64,000 bases of DNA from Thermoleophilia bacterium (GTDB lineage: Bacteria; Actinomycetota; Thermoleophilia; UBA2241): assembly GCA_040769125.1 (NCBI GenBank), contig JAXGLO010000001.1, positions 1,565,041 through 1,629,040 of the forward strand, given 5' to 3'. The translations under genes were made by a program, and so were the position numbers. Of the stretch, positions 28,547 to 37,909 are shown piece by piece; within the stretch, counting starts at the first letter, position 1, and every line of letters starts with the position of its first letter. The notes beneath the pieces were generated by a model, which was not told the origin of the DNA, searched no databases, and worked only from the letters and a program-made list of their open reading frames with translations.

Positions 28547-30952
28547 CTAGCCGCGCAGCTTGCGCAGGGGGGCAACGCTGGCCATCAGGCGCCGCTCGGA
28601 GCCGTCGTTCTCGAATCGCACGACGATGATGCCGCCACCCTGCACGGCGAGCACCGTGCCCTCACCCAGGGTGGCATGGAGCACCCGCTCCCCGGCCGAG
28701 AAATACTGCTCGACGACCTCGGCGTCGAGCTCACGTCGGCGGCGGCCGACGTCGATTCTGCCGCCGCCGACGTCGATGCGGCCGTCCGGGCCGCGGCGGA
28801 CGCCGCGGCCGCTTCCGCCGCCGCCGAAGCCCTCCCCACCGGAAGCGGCGGGGCGACGACCCGCCGGCCCACCGCCCGACCAGCCACCCTCACGGGCGCC
28901 GGACCAGAACCTCTCGCCACCGGCGGCCCAGCCACCGCCACCGCCGCCGACGACCTGCCGCTCGCAGTACTCGGCGGGGATCTCGTCGATGAAGCGCGAC
29001 GGCTGGTTGTACTGTAAGGCTCCCCAGAGCGTGCGGGCGCGCGCGTGCACCAGGTAGAGCAGATCCATCGCGCGCGTAATGCCGACGTAGGCCAGACGCC
29101 GTTCCTCCTCGACGTTCTGCTCGTCGAGGGCGCGCTGATGCGGGAAGACGCCCTCCTCCATGCCGACCAGGAAGACCACGGGGAACTCGAGGCCTTTGGC
29201 GTTGTGCAGCGTCATCAAGGTGAGGAGCGACGAGGCGTCAGCCAGAGCGTCGCTGTCGCTGTAGAGGCTGATCTCCTGAAGAAAACCGCCGAGGCCCGGC
29301 TCCTCAGATCGCCGGTCGTACTCAGCGGCCACGCCGACCAGCTCTTCGAGGTTCTCGAGGCGACCCTCGGCCTCGAGCGTACGCTGCGCCTTGAGGGCGG
29401 CCTCGTAGCCGCTCTCCTCGAGCACGCTGCGCACGACCTCGGCGGCCGGGCGGCCGGCGATGCCGGCCTGCAGACCCTCGATGAGACGCACGAAACCGAG
29501 CAGGCCGTTGAGCGCCACGCCGGAGATCCCGGGCACGTCCTCGACGCCACGCATCGCCTCCCAGAGGCTCATGCCCATCGTAGTGGCGTACGCCTGCAGT
29601 CGCTGCAGGCTCGTCGCGCCGATTCCGCGGCGCGGCACGTTGACGATGCGCAACAGACGCTGCGCGTCGTCGGGGTTGACCAGCACCGTGAGGTACGCGA
29701 TCGCATCGCGGATCTCGGCGCGCTCGTAGAACCTGGGGCCGCCGATCACCTGATAGCCGATCGCGTAGCGGCCGAACTGCTCCTCGAGCGCGCGGCTCTG
29801 GGCGTTGGTGCGGTAGAGCACCGCGATCTCGTCCGGCCGGTAGGGCCTCTCGGCGCCGGCCTCGCCATCGAGGAGCTTCTGCACCTCGCTGGCCACGAAC
29901 TGGGCTTCGGCACGCTCGTCGTTGACCTCGACGACCTGCACCAGGGAGCCCTCGCCGCGTGGCGTCCAGAGGCTCTTGCCCTTGCGCCGACGGTTGTGAG
30001 TGACGACCGCGTTGGCCGCGTTGAGGATCTTCTGCGTCGAGCGGTAGTTCTGCTCGAGGCGGATGACCTTGGCCTCCGGGTAGTCGCGCTCGAACTCGAG
30101 GATGTTGCGGATGTCGGCGCCGCGCCAGGAGTAGATGCTCTGGTCGTCGTCGCCCACCACGGCGAGATTGTGCGACCCTCCCGCGAGCAGGTTGGCGAGG
30201 CGGTACTGGGCGTGGTTGGTGTCCTGGTACTCGTCGATGAGCACGAAACGGAAGGCCCTCTGGTAGTGCGCCAGCCGGTCGGGGTACGCCTCGAGCGCCT
30301 GCACGGTCTTCATGAGCAGATCGTCGAAGTCCATGGCGTTCATCTCGGCGTGCCGCTTCTCGTAGAGGGCGTAGACGTCGGCCGCAACCTGAGCGAACCG
30401 CCCGCCGAGGCGCTCGCCGAGCTCCGCCGGCCCGATGAGCTGGTTCTTGGCGTCGCTGATCTGCCGCGCCAGGGCGTCGGGCGGGAAGCGCTTGGGATCG
30501 ACGTTGAGCTCCTCAAGGCAACGCTTGATGAGTCGGCGGCGGTCGTCCTCGTCGTGGATCGTAAAGCTGCTTTTGTACCCAATACGCTCGGCCTCGCGGC
30601 GCAGCAGGCGAGCGCACATGCTGTGGAACGTGCTGATCCACATGGTGCGCGCCACCGATCCGACGAGTCGCTCGATGCGTTCCTTCATCTCGCCGGCGGC
30701 CTTGTTGGTGAACGTAATCGCGACGATCTCGTCCGGCCGCACACCATGGACCTGGATGAGATAGGCCACGCGGTGCGTGAGCACCCGGGTCTTGCCCGAG
30801 CCGGCGCCGGCGAGGATCAGTAGCGGCCCCTCGAAGTGGGCGACGGCTTCACGCTGCGGCTCGTTGAGGCCTTCGAGCAGTGGATGCTCCGGCTGCGCCA
30901 CACCGCCGGCCGCTCCACCCTCCACGCCCTCTTCGCCCCACAGCGCGCCCAT
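28547..30952 (-). CDS. pcrA: ATP-dependent DNA helicase PcrA/UvrD
   Basis: LAGAGSGKT, DEYQD, GDDDQSIY, EQNYRS, YRTNAQSR, TLHNAKGLEF and EERRLAYVGITRA motifs; C-terminal Tudor-like domain. Confidence 0.96.
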   Translation of the reverse strand: MGALWGEEGVEGGAAGGVAQPEHPLLEGLNEPQREAVAHFEGPLLILAGAGSGKTRVLTHRVAYLIQVHGVRPDEIVAITFTNKAAGEMKERIERLVGSVARTMWISTFHSMCARLLRREAERIGYKSSFTIHDEDDRRRLIKRCLEELNVDPKRFPPDALARQISDAKNQLIGPAELGERLGGRFAQVAADVYALYEKRHAEMNAMDFDDLLMKTVQALEAYPDRLAHYQRAFRFVLIDEYQDTNHAQYRLANLLAGGSHNLAVVGDDDQSIYSWRGADIRNILEFERDYPEAKVIRLEQNYRSTQKILNAANAVVTHNRRRKGKSLWTPRGEGSLVQVVEVNDERAEAQFVASEVQKLLDGEAGAERPYRPDEIAVLYRTNAQSRALEEQFGRYAIGYQVIGGPRFYERAEIRDAIAYLTVLVNPDDAQRLLRIVNVPRRGIGATSLQRLQAYATTMGMSLWEAMRGVEDVPGISGVALNGLLGFVRLIEGLQAGIAGRPAAEVVRSVLEESGYEAALKAQRTLEAEGRLENLEELVGVAAEYDRRSEEPGLGGFLQEISLYSDSDALADASSLLTLMTLHNAKGLEFPVVFLVGMEEGVFPHQRALDEQNVEEERRLAYVGITRAMDLLYLVHARARTLWGALQYNQPSRFIDEIPAEYCERQVVGGGGGGWAAGGERFWSGAREGGWSGGGPAGRRPAASGGEGFGGGGSGRGVRRGPDGRIDVGGGRIDVGRRRRELDAEVVEQYFSAGERVLHATLGEGTVLAVQGGGIIVVRFENDGSERRLMASVAPLRKLRG

Positions 30953-31575
30953 CAGTTGACGCCTCCACCGAGCAGAACGCTGATCACCAGAGCGACGACG
31001 CCGGCTACGATGAGACGCAGGCCGGAGACCCAGAACCGCTCGCGCGACACCGCCCCCAGAAAGACGCCCAGCAGGAACAACTCGGTGAACGCGACTCCGA
31101 ACGCGATATAGTAGGCCGCTTTGATGCCGACCATGCCGGCGAACAGAAACGGCGTCGCGGCGATCAGAATGGCCGCCGACGGCGACCCACCGTCGACCAA
31201 AGCGATGACGATCGCGGCATAGGTGGAGGCCGAGGCGATACTGGTGCCCTCGAGACTCGTCAACGTGTACTCCTCGAGCTCGCGCAGCGCCCGGCTGCGC
31301 TCGGCCTTCTCGACGAGATAGGAGCCGTAGAAGCCGGAGACCGCCATGCCGACCGCGGTGGTAAGCATGAGGATCACGATAGTCCGGGGGACAATGACGC
31401 CGGCCAGGTAGCCGCCGACGAGCACGCCGACCGCCGTGAGAACCCCGTCGAAGGCGTTGAGCGCGAAGTACCGGCGCACGATCTCGCCGACGTCGGCGAT
31501 CTCGTGGTAATCCTTGAGCGTGGCGATCAGTTCACGGAGGCGCGCCCGGGCAGTGGGTCGGGCCGAAGAGCTCAC
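30952..31575 (-). CDS. VIT1/CCC1-like membrane protein (TIGR00267-type)
   Basis: RRYFALNAFDGVLT and SGFYGSYLVEKAERSRALRELE motifs, about 5 TMs; stop overlaps the pcrA start. Confidence 0.75.
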   Translation of the reverse strand: MSSSARPTARARLRELIATLKDYHEIADVGEIVRRYFALNAFDGVLTAVGVLVGGYLAGVIVPRTIVILMLTTAVGMAVSGFYGSYLVEKAERSRALRELEEYTLTSLEGTSIASASTYAAIVIALVDGGSPSAAILIAATPFLFAGMVGIKAAYYIAFGVAFTELFLLGVFLGAVSRERFWVSGLRLIVAGVVALVISVLLGGGVN

Positions 31576-31616
31576 GCGCGCATCACCTGGGCGTCAGGCA
31601 GGCAGGGAGGCAGGAC

Positions 31617-31925
31617 TCAGCGTGGCCAGCAGACACCGGCATCCTGGGGCGTCTCGGCCGCGTCGATGAGCCGCTTGCCCGTGGAGCACTTGTCGATGGA
31701 ATGGACGCTGCCGCCCGACTCCTGAACGACCTTCAACACGGCCTGGAAGTCGATGTCGTCGCCCTCGAGCGTGACCTTGATGTTCTCGACCTTGTAGTCG
31801 ATCTCGATCAGTGTGATGTCGACGCCCTGGATACCCTCCAGGTCGCCCAGCTTGTCGGCCAGGGTGAGCATCGTCGGCTTATACGGCTTAAGGACGTCGA
31901 GCACGATTCGCCTGATCTCGCTCAT
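31617..31925 (-). CDS. DUF211 (COG1888) protein
   Basis: IRRIVLDVLKP...GVDITLIEID...KVTLEG...GGSVHSID signature. Confidence 0.85.
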   Translation of the reverse strand: MSEIRRIVLDVLKPYKPTMLTLADKLGDLEGIQGVDITLIEIDYKVENIKVTLEGDDIDFQAVLKVVQESGGSVHSIDKCSTGKRLIDAAETPQDAGVCWPR

Positions 31926-31999
31926 GTGGTGATTACGCTCCGTTCACGAGTCGCCTGCGGAGGCCCAGATCGTAGCATACCGGCGGCCTGCGACCGCTC

Positions 32000-32860
32000 T
32001 CAGATCCCGCCGCCTCCCGCGAAGTCCAGCAGGTCGTCGAGGGCCGTCTGGGCCTGCTTCACTGTGGCGGTGCGCTCCGCCTTGCGACCTGGGTTGATCT
32101 CGTCGAGCTCCTGCTCCATCTCGACGATACGCGCCACGAGACATTTGATGGCCTCGGCGACCGGGTCGGGCAGGTGACGATAGTCGATGTCGGGGATGCC
32201 AACGCGTTGCCCCTGGAGCAGAACGGGGCGGCCCGGGTTGCCCACGACGGTCGAGTTCTTGGGGACGTCGCTGATGACGACGCTGCCGGCGCCGATCTTG
32301 GCGTTGTCGCCAACCGTGATACCCCCCAGCACCTTCGCGCCGGCGCCGAAGATGACGTTGTCGCCCACAGTCGGGTGCCGCTTGCCCGACTGCTTGCCGG
32401 TACCGCCCAGGGTCACCCCCTGGTAGATGGTCACATTGTCGCCGATCTCGGTCGTCTCGCCGATCACGACGCCGGCGCCGTGATCGATGAAGAGGCCTCG
32501 CCCGATGCAGGCGCCGGGGTGGATCTCGACGCCGGTGATGAAGCGGTTGAACTGGCTGATCCAGCGCGGGACGACCGGCAGCCCGGCCCTCTGCAGCCGG
32601 TGGGCGAGGCGATGGAGCCAGAGGGCGTGCAGGCCGGCGTACGAAGTGAGGATCTCGAGCCTGGACGTAGCCGCCGGGTCGCGCTCCTGCACGGCGCGCA
32701 AATCGTGGCTGATCTCGTCGACGGCAACGGAGGCGTCGTGGCGCAGTTCCGCCACGATGCGGGCGACGAGGGGCAGACGCTGCGCGTCGTGCCCGACGGG
32801 GCGGCCGGCGCCGGCCGGCAGGCGAGCCCCTTGCAGCAGCTTGCGGATCACGACCTTCAC
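32000..32860 (-). CDS. cysE: Serine O-acetyltransferase
   Basis: [26 protein letters not shown] and GVTLGGTG...RHPT hexapeptide repeats. Confidence 0.97.
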   Translation of the reverse strand: MKVVIRKLLQGARLPAGAGRPVGHDAQRLPLVARIVAELRHDASVAVDEISHDLRAVQERDPAATSRLEILTSYAGLHALWLHRLAHRLQRAGLPVVPRWISQFNRFITGVEIHPGACIGRGLFIDHGAGVVIGETTEIGDNVTIYQGVTLGGTGKQSGKRHPTVGDNVIFGAGAKVLGGITVGDNAKIGAGSVVISDVPKNSTVVGNPGRPVLLQGQRVGIPDIDYRHLPDPVAEAIKCLVARIVEMEQELDEINPGRKAERTATVKQAQTALDDLLDFAGGGGI

Positions 32861-32964
32861 CTCGGTTTCGCTGTGGTACGCGCGGCCGACGAAGCCCGCC
32901 GCGTCTCTCTGCCTACGCTATCACGGGGGCGCACCGCACGCGGCCGCAACTCCCTGCGGCACCC

Positions 32965-33783
32965 TTACGCCCCGGCCTCGTTCATGCTCCCGGAGCGGAA
33001 GCCCTGCAGGTCAAGGGCGACGTACGTGAAGCCCAGCGGCCGAAGGCGCCGCAGGATCTCGGCGCGAACGGCCGCGGCGCGCTCGATCTCGTCCGGCTCG
33101 ACCTCCAGGCGGGCGACCGCACCGTGATGCCGTACGCGACACTGGCGGAAGCCCAGCGCGTGTAGCGCACGCTCAGCCTCTGCTACCGCACGCAGCTTCT
33201 CGGCAGTGATCGGCTCACCGTATGGAATACGCGAGGCCAGGCAGGCCTGCTGAGGCGCATCCCAGGTAGCCAGCCCGAGCTCGTATGCGAGCCGCCGCAC
33301 CTCATCCTTGCCGATACCGGCGGCCACGAGAGGATGCGCCACTCCGCGCTCGGCGGCGGCGCGCATGCCCGGACGGTGATCGCCGAGATCGTCGAGGTTG
33401 ACGCCGTCGACCAGGGCCGCGCAACCGCGCTCCTCCGCCACGCGCACCATCTGCTCGAGGAACCGGCGCTTGCAGATGCAGCACCGCTCGCGGGAGTTCG
33501 CCACGAACGCGGGATCGTCGAGCTCACCGGTCTCGACAACCACGTGCTCGACCCCGAGCCGCCCGGAGAGACGCCGGGCCGCCTCCAGTTCTTCGGGGAG
33601 ATACGTGGCCGAGACGGCGGTGAAGGCAACCGCGCGCTCGCGCCCGAGGACGCCGGCGGCGACGGCCAGGACGAGGCTCGAGTCCACGCCGCCGGAGAAG
33701 GCCACGCATACCGAGCCCAGCTTCGCCAGCTCGGCTTCGAGCCGCTCCCGTGAACTTCCCGACCGGGTGTTCGTCTCAGTCAT
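32965..33783 (-). CDS. larE: ATP-dependent sulfur transferase LarE (PP-loop)
   Basis: AFSGGVDS PP-loop, RCCICK, DDLGDHRPG, ACLASRIPYG, RVRHHG and GFRSGSMN motifs. Confidence 0.9.
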   Translation of the reverse strand: MTETNTRSGSSRERLEAELAKLGSVCVAFSGGVDSSLVLAVAAGVLGRERAVAFTAVSATYLPEELEAARRLSGRLGVEHVVVETGELDDPAFVANSRERCCICKRRFLEQMVRVAEERGCAALVDGVNLDDLGDHRPGMRAAAERGVAHPLVAAGIGKDEVRRLAYELGLATWDAPQQACLASRIPYGEPITAEKLRAVAEAERALHALGFRQCRVRHHGAVARLEVEPDEIERAAAVRAEILRRLRPLGFTYVALDLQGFRSGSMNEAGA

Positions 33784-33881
33784 CGTCGACCAGCCCTCCC
33801 GCGGCCCGGCGAAGCCGGACACACGAGCCATGCGCCGCCTGGCAGGCGCGGCGTCCGATGGGGCGCCGCTCAGGCGTACGT

Positions 33882-34814
33882 CTACGGCAGCTCACTGAAG
33901 AGCGGCGTCGAGAGATAGCGCTCCCCCGTGTCGCACAGCACGGTCACGATCACCTTGCCGCGCATGGCTGAGCGACGTGCGATCTGGCCGGCGGCAAACG
34001 CGCTCGCGCCGGCCGACACGCCCACCAGGACACCCTCGAGACGCGCCAGGTCGCGCGCCGTGGCGATTGCGTCTTCTCCGGAGACCGTGAGCACCTCGTC
34101 GCACACCGACCTGTCGAACACCTCGGGGACGAAGCCGGCACCGATGCCCTGGATACGGTGAGGCCCGGCCGCGCCGCCGGAGAGCACCGGCGACTCCGCC
34201 GGCTCCACGGCCACCACGAGAGCCTCAGGGCGCCGCGCCTTGAGCAGCCGACCGACGCCCGTGAGCGTGCCGCCCGTGCCCACCCCGGCGACGAAGGCGT
34301 CGACCTCGCCGCCCGTGTCCGCCCAGATCTCCTCGCCGGTCGTGCGCCGGTGGATCTCCGGATTGGCGGGGTTGAGGAACTGCTGCGGTACGAAGGTGTC
34401 GTCGCCCTCCTCGGCAAGCGCCAGCGCCCTGTCGACCGCCCCCTGCATGCCCTCGGCGCCGGGCGTGAGGACGAGGCGCGCGCCGTAGGCGCGCAGCATA
34501 GTGCGCCGCTCGGCGCTGAACGTGTCCGGCATAGTGAGCACGACCTCGTAGCCGCGCGCCGCCGCGACCATCGCCAGGGCGATGCCGGTGTTGCCGCTGG
34601 TGGGCTCGATGATCGTCGTCCGGCCGGGTGAGATGCGCCCCTCGCGCTCAGCCTCCTCGATCATGGCGAGGCCGATCCTGTCCTTGGCGCTGCCGCCGGG
34701 GTTGAACGACTCGAGCTTGCCCAGCACCTCGGCGCCGGTCTCGTCGGAGATGCGGTTGAGGCGCACCAGCGGCGTGCGCCCGATGAGCTCCGTGATACTG
34801 CCAGCCCTCTTCAT
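33882..34814 (-). CDS. cysK: Cysteine synthase A
   Basis: [14 protein letters not shown] (PLP Lys), [22 protein letters not shown] and DTGERYLST motifs. Confidence 0.97.
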   Translation of the reverse strand: MKRAGSITELIGRTPLVRLNRISDETGAEVLGKLESFNPGGSAKDRIGLAMIEEAEREGRISPGRTTIIEPTSGNTGIALAMVAAARGYEVVLTMPDTFSAERRTMLRAYGARLVLTPGAEGMQGAVDRALALAEEGDDTFVPQQFLNPANPEIHRRTTGEEIWADTGGEVDAFVAGVGTGGTLTGVGRLLKARRPEALVVAVEPAESPVLSGGAAGPHRIQGIGAGFVPEVFDRSVCDEVLTVSGEDAIATARDLARLEGVLVGVSAGASAFAAGQIARRSAMRGKVIVTVLCDTGERYLSTPLFSELP

Positions 34815-34856
34815 CCGGCCTCCTCGCAGCCAAGCAGGACCGCGCCCTGCTCTTCG

Positions 34857-35093
34857 TCAGACCTCGTACGTGAGCGCGCGAACCCGGAGAGCGTCCTCGC
34901 GCGCCAGAAGATCGCCGATCGAGATGTGGCCGAGGACCTGCTTGAGAGCCCGACGCGCCTCGAACCACACCGGGGAGGCGCCGCACATGTCGACGCTGGC
35001 GCACTGCCTCTGCGTACACTCGGCCGGCGAGGGCACACCCTCCAGCACGGCCACCACGTCGAGCACGCTGATCTCGGCGGCCGGCCGGGCCAG
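34857..35093 (-). pseudogene. Rrf2-family (IscR/CymR-like) regulator, C-terminal half only
   Basis: LARPAAEISVLDVVAVLEG...CTQRQCASVDMC...VW...ISIGDL is the post-wHTH part of an Rrf2 protein. There is no upstream wHTH, start codon or RBS; the fragment abuts the promoter. Confidence 0.8.
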
Positions 35094-35095
35094 CG

Positions 35096-35145
35096 ATTTC
35101 CGACTATTCTTGTCAAGACTACGGAGGGGTGTCCGGACCTGTCAA
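35096..35145 (-). promoter_or_regulatory. SigA promoter with overlapping IscR type-1-like Rrf2 operator
   Basis: Minus-strand TTGACA (35140-45), 18-nt spacer, TAGTCT (35116-21). ATTTCCGACTATTCTTGTCAAGACT (35096-35120) resembles ATASYYGACTRwwwYAGTCRRSTAT. Confidence 0.75.
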
Positions 35146-35213
35146 CGCGAGGCCCGGTGATGACGCCCGCGACGGTGAGGCGAGCAGGTACGTCGCCGGG
35201 ACGAGGATGGAGG

Positions 35214-35297
35214 CCGCCGGCGCCGTAGAGCCCGTGGCCACCGCCGGCACCGTAGAGCCCGTGACCACCGCCGGCACCGTAGAGCCCGTGACCACCG
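35214..35297. repeat. 27-bp tandem repeat, 3 copies
   Basis: CCGCCGGCRCCGTAGAGCCCGTGRCCA at 35214, 35241 and 35268. Confidence 0.92.
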
Positions 35298-35492
35298 GCG
35301 AGCCCGTGCTAGACTCGTCCCACAGGGGCGGAGGACTCCGGCTAGCGAAGCGGAAGGCCCCGGCGGGCCCGCCTGACTCGCGCATGGCATCAACCCCTGC
35401 TCCAGCGGGGCCACAACCCAGCCGCCGCCCGCCGCCCCGGTGCCGCATGCGGCCAACAGCAGCAAGGTGCTCGAGATGGTCGTGAAGTGACA

Positions 35493-37565
35493 ATGGCCGA
35501 CGTCAGGATTCGCGAAGAAGGGTTCGCCAAAGACGCCGACAAGCTGGTGCGCCGGCTCTCCCTGGTCGCCCTGCTGCTCTCCCGCCGCGGGCAGCCGGTG
35601 AGCGGCAGCGTGATACGCCGCAGCGTCGAGGGGTACCCAACGATGACCGAGGAGGCCTTCAAGCGCCGCTTCTACGAGGACCGCGCCGAACTCGCCGCCC
35701 TGGGCATCGCCATCACCTCGGAGCCGGGCGACGACGGCGCCGATGTCTTCAGCCTGCCGGCCGACGCCTACTACCTGCCGCCCATCCCCCTCGAGCCCGA
35801 GGAGCTCGCCGCCCTCGGCGCCTGCCTCACCGTGCTGGAGGGCCGCTTCGCGTACGTACAACCCCTGCGCCTGGCGCTCCTCAGCCTCGCGCAGGGGCGA
35901 CCCGAGCTGCTCGGCGACGCCGATGCGGCGCCGATGGTCCTGGTACCCGAGGCGGCGCCTGCCCCTGGCGTGCTCCCCAAGATGCAGACCGCGGTCGTAG
36001 AGCGCAAGACGATCCGCTTCACCTACTATGCCATCACCCGCGATGAGGAGACGAAGCGCACCGTCGACCCATACGGCCTGCAGCTCGTCGCCGGCGAGTG
36101 GTACCTGATCGGCCGCTGCCACGAGCGCGATGCGCTTCGCACCTTCCGCCTCTCGCGCGTGCGCTCGCGTGTCACCTATGCCACGCGCGCGCCACATGAC
36201 TTCTCGCCGCCCGGCGGCTTCGACATCGGCTCCTTCCGTGACCGGCCGGCGTGGCAGCTCGCCGAGCCGCGCGGCACGGCCCGCATCCGCGTCGCGCCGT
36301 CGCTGGCCTGGTGGGTACAGGCACACTGGGCGCACTGCGGAGCCGTCGCTGCCGGCGACGACGGCTCCATCGTTTACGAAACGGCCTATGCAGACGCCCG
36401 GCCGCTGCTCTCCTGGGTGCTCGGCATGGCCGACGCGGCGGAGCTCCTTGAACCCGCCGACCTGCGTGCGCGGCTCGCCGAGGGGCTCCGCCGCACTCTC
36501 GCCGTCCTCGAGTCGACAGAGGCCCCGGCGGCACAACGTGCGACGGCGGTGACGCCGCCACGCCGCCGGCGCACCGTCGCGGTCGACTGGCGCGTCGAGG
36601 TCGACCACTTCACCAGGCTCACGGCGCTGGCGGGTTACCTCCTGCGCGCCTGCGACCGCGACGGCGAGGCGCTGCTCGAGGCCGCCACGGTGCGCGCCGA
36701 TCTCGGCCTCAGCGCCGAGGAACTGCGCGCCGACATGCGCCTTCTCAACCTCGTCAACTTCGGCGGCGACGGCGCGCTTCTCTACGCGGAGCTCGAGGGC
36801 CGCACCAGGATCCGCGTCACCAGCGATCTGGCTGGGTCCCACTTCGTGCGCCCGGCGCACCTCTCGCCGCTGCAGGCCGACACCCTCCTCCTCGCGATCA
36901 AGCTCGTCGGCGGCCAGCTCCCCACATCCACGGGGGCGGCCCTCGAGGCCGCCGCCGCCAAGCTGCGGGCGGCGCGCGGAGGCGCCACCGCACAGATCGA
37001 CGTCGGCGAGCTCCTCGTGCCGGACGACCTGATCCTCGCCGCGGTCAACCGCGCCATCGTCGAGCGCCGCCTGCTCGCCATCGAGTACTGGAGCGAGGGC
37101 TCCGACCAGCTGCGCGATCGCCTGGTGGAGCCCTATCTCCTCGTGCGCAGCAGCGGCGAGTGGTACTACGTGTGCTGGTGCCGCTCCGCCGAGGGTACAC
37201 GGGTGTTCCGAGTCGCCACCACGAGGTCGGCGCGGCTCCTCGACGAGTCGTTCACGCCGCGCCCCGAGGTCGAGCTCGAGATGTATCGGCGCGAGGGCAT
37301 CCCCGCGTCGGGCACCTACGCGCCGCGATCAGCGACGATCCACTACAGCGAGCGAGTCAGCCGGTGGATCGCCGAGCGCCAGCCGGTGGAGATGCTCGCC
37401 GACGGCTCCTGCGTTACGTCGCAGCCATACGTGGACCCCCAATGGCTCACGCGCCATCTGCTGCGCTTCGCCGGCGAGGCGCGCCCGCTCGGCCCCACGG
37501 AGGCGACCGCCGATCTCCGCGCCGCCGCAGGGCGACTCCTCACGATCTACGAGGGCCGACCGTGA
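35493..37565 (+). CDS. pafBC: Fused PafB-PafC-like double-WYL transcriptional regulator
   Basis: PafB-like HTH (EAFKRRFYEDRAELAALGI), WYL1 (VDPYGL...WYLIG...RTFRLSRV), second HTH (LRADMRLL), WYL2 (VEPYLL...WYYVCW...RVFRV), each WYL followed by a WCX-like region. Confidence 0.85.
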   Translation: MADVRIREEGFAKDADKLVRRLSLVALLLSRRGQPVSGSVIRRSVEGYPTMTEEAFKRRFYEDRAELAALGIAITSEPGDDGADVFSLPADAYYLPPIPLEPEELAALGACLTVLEGRFAYVQPLRLALLSLAQGRPELLGDADAAPMVLVPEAAPAPGVLPKMQTAVVERKTIRFTYYAITRDEETKRTVDPYGLQLVAGEWYLIGRCHERDALRTFRLSRVRSRVTYATRAPHDFSPPGGFDIGSFRDRPAWQLAEPRGTARIRVAPSLAWWVQAHWAHCGAVAAGDDGSIVYETAYADARPLLSWVLGMADAAELLEPADLRARLAEGLRRTLAVLESTEAPAAQRATAVTPPRRRRTVAVDWRVEVDHFTRLTALAGYLLRACDRDGEALLEAATVRADLGLSAEELRADMRLLNLVNFGGDGALLYAELEGRTRIRVTSDLAGSHFVRPAHLSPLQADTLLLAIKLVGGQLPTSTGAALEAAAAKLRAARGGATAQIDVGELLVPDDLILAAVNRAIVERRLLAIEYWSEGSDQLRDRLVEPYLLVRSSGEWYYVCWCRSAEGTRVFRVATTRSARLLDESFTPRPEVELEMYRREGIPASGTYAPRSATIHYSERVSRWIAERQPVEMLADGSCVTSQPYVDPQWLTRHLLRFAGEARPLGPTEATADLRAAAGRLLTIYEGRP

Positions 37566-37792
37566 GCATGATCCTTTATGTGCTGCTGAAGCTCGCCTGG
37601 GCCTTCTGGGCGCTCGGCCCGCAGCTCGCGCTCTGCCTCTGGTTCGCGTACTCGCTCGCACGCCGGCGGCGCGAAAGTCGCCTGAACTGGATGCTCGGCG
37701 GCTTCATTGCCTCGCTCATCCCGATCGCTGGCGCCGTCGCCATGTATCTGCTCTGGCGCCCCGGGCGTCACCGCACGGCCGCAACGCGGTGA
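37562..37792 (+). CDS. Small 2-3 TM membrane protein coupled to pafBC
   Basis: GTGA overlap with the pafBC stop; sequence MILYVLLKLAWAFWALGPQLALCLWF...RLNWMLGGFIASLIPIAGAVAMYLLW. Confidence 0.7.
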   Translation: MSMILYVLLKLAWAFWALGPQLALCLWFAYSLARRRRESRLNWMLGGFIASLIPIAGAVAMYLLWRPGRHRTAATR

Positions 37793-37909
37793 CCGGCCGG
37801 CTCCGGATGCTCATGACGCGCGCCGCTAACGTGTCCTATCCCCGAGAAGTACCGACACTCGAAAGTCTCTTGTCTCACTGAGGTGGGGCGACGGAGACGC
37901 CCGACGCGC

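Noticed and set aside
35214-35297. CRISPR array
   Set aside because: The repeats are head-to-tail with no unique spacers, and there are no cas genes.
35129-35485. 118-aa ORF with TAGTVEPV repeats
   Set aside because: It overlaps promoter elements, has no SD, and its pattern is explained by the DNA tandem repeat.
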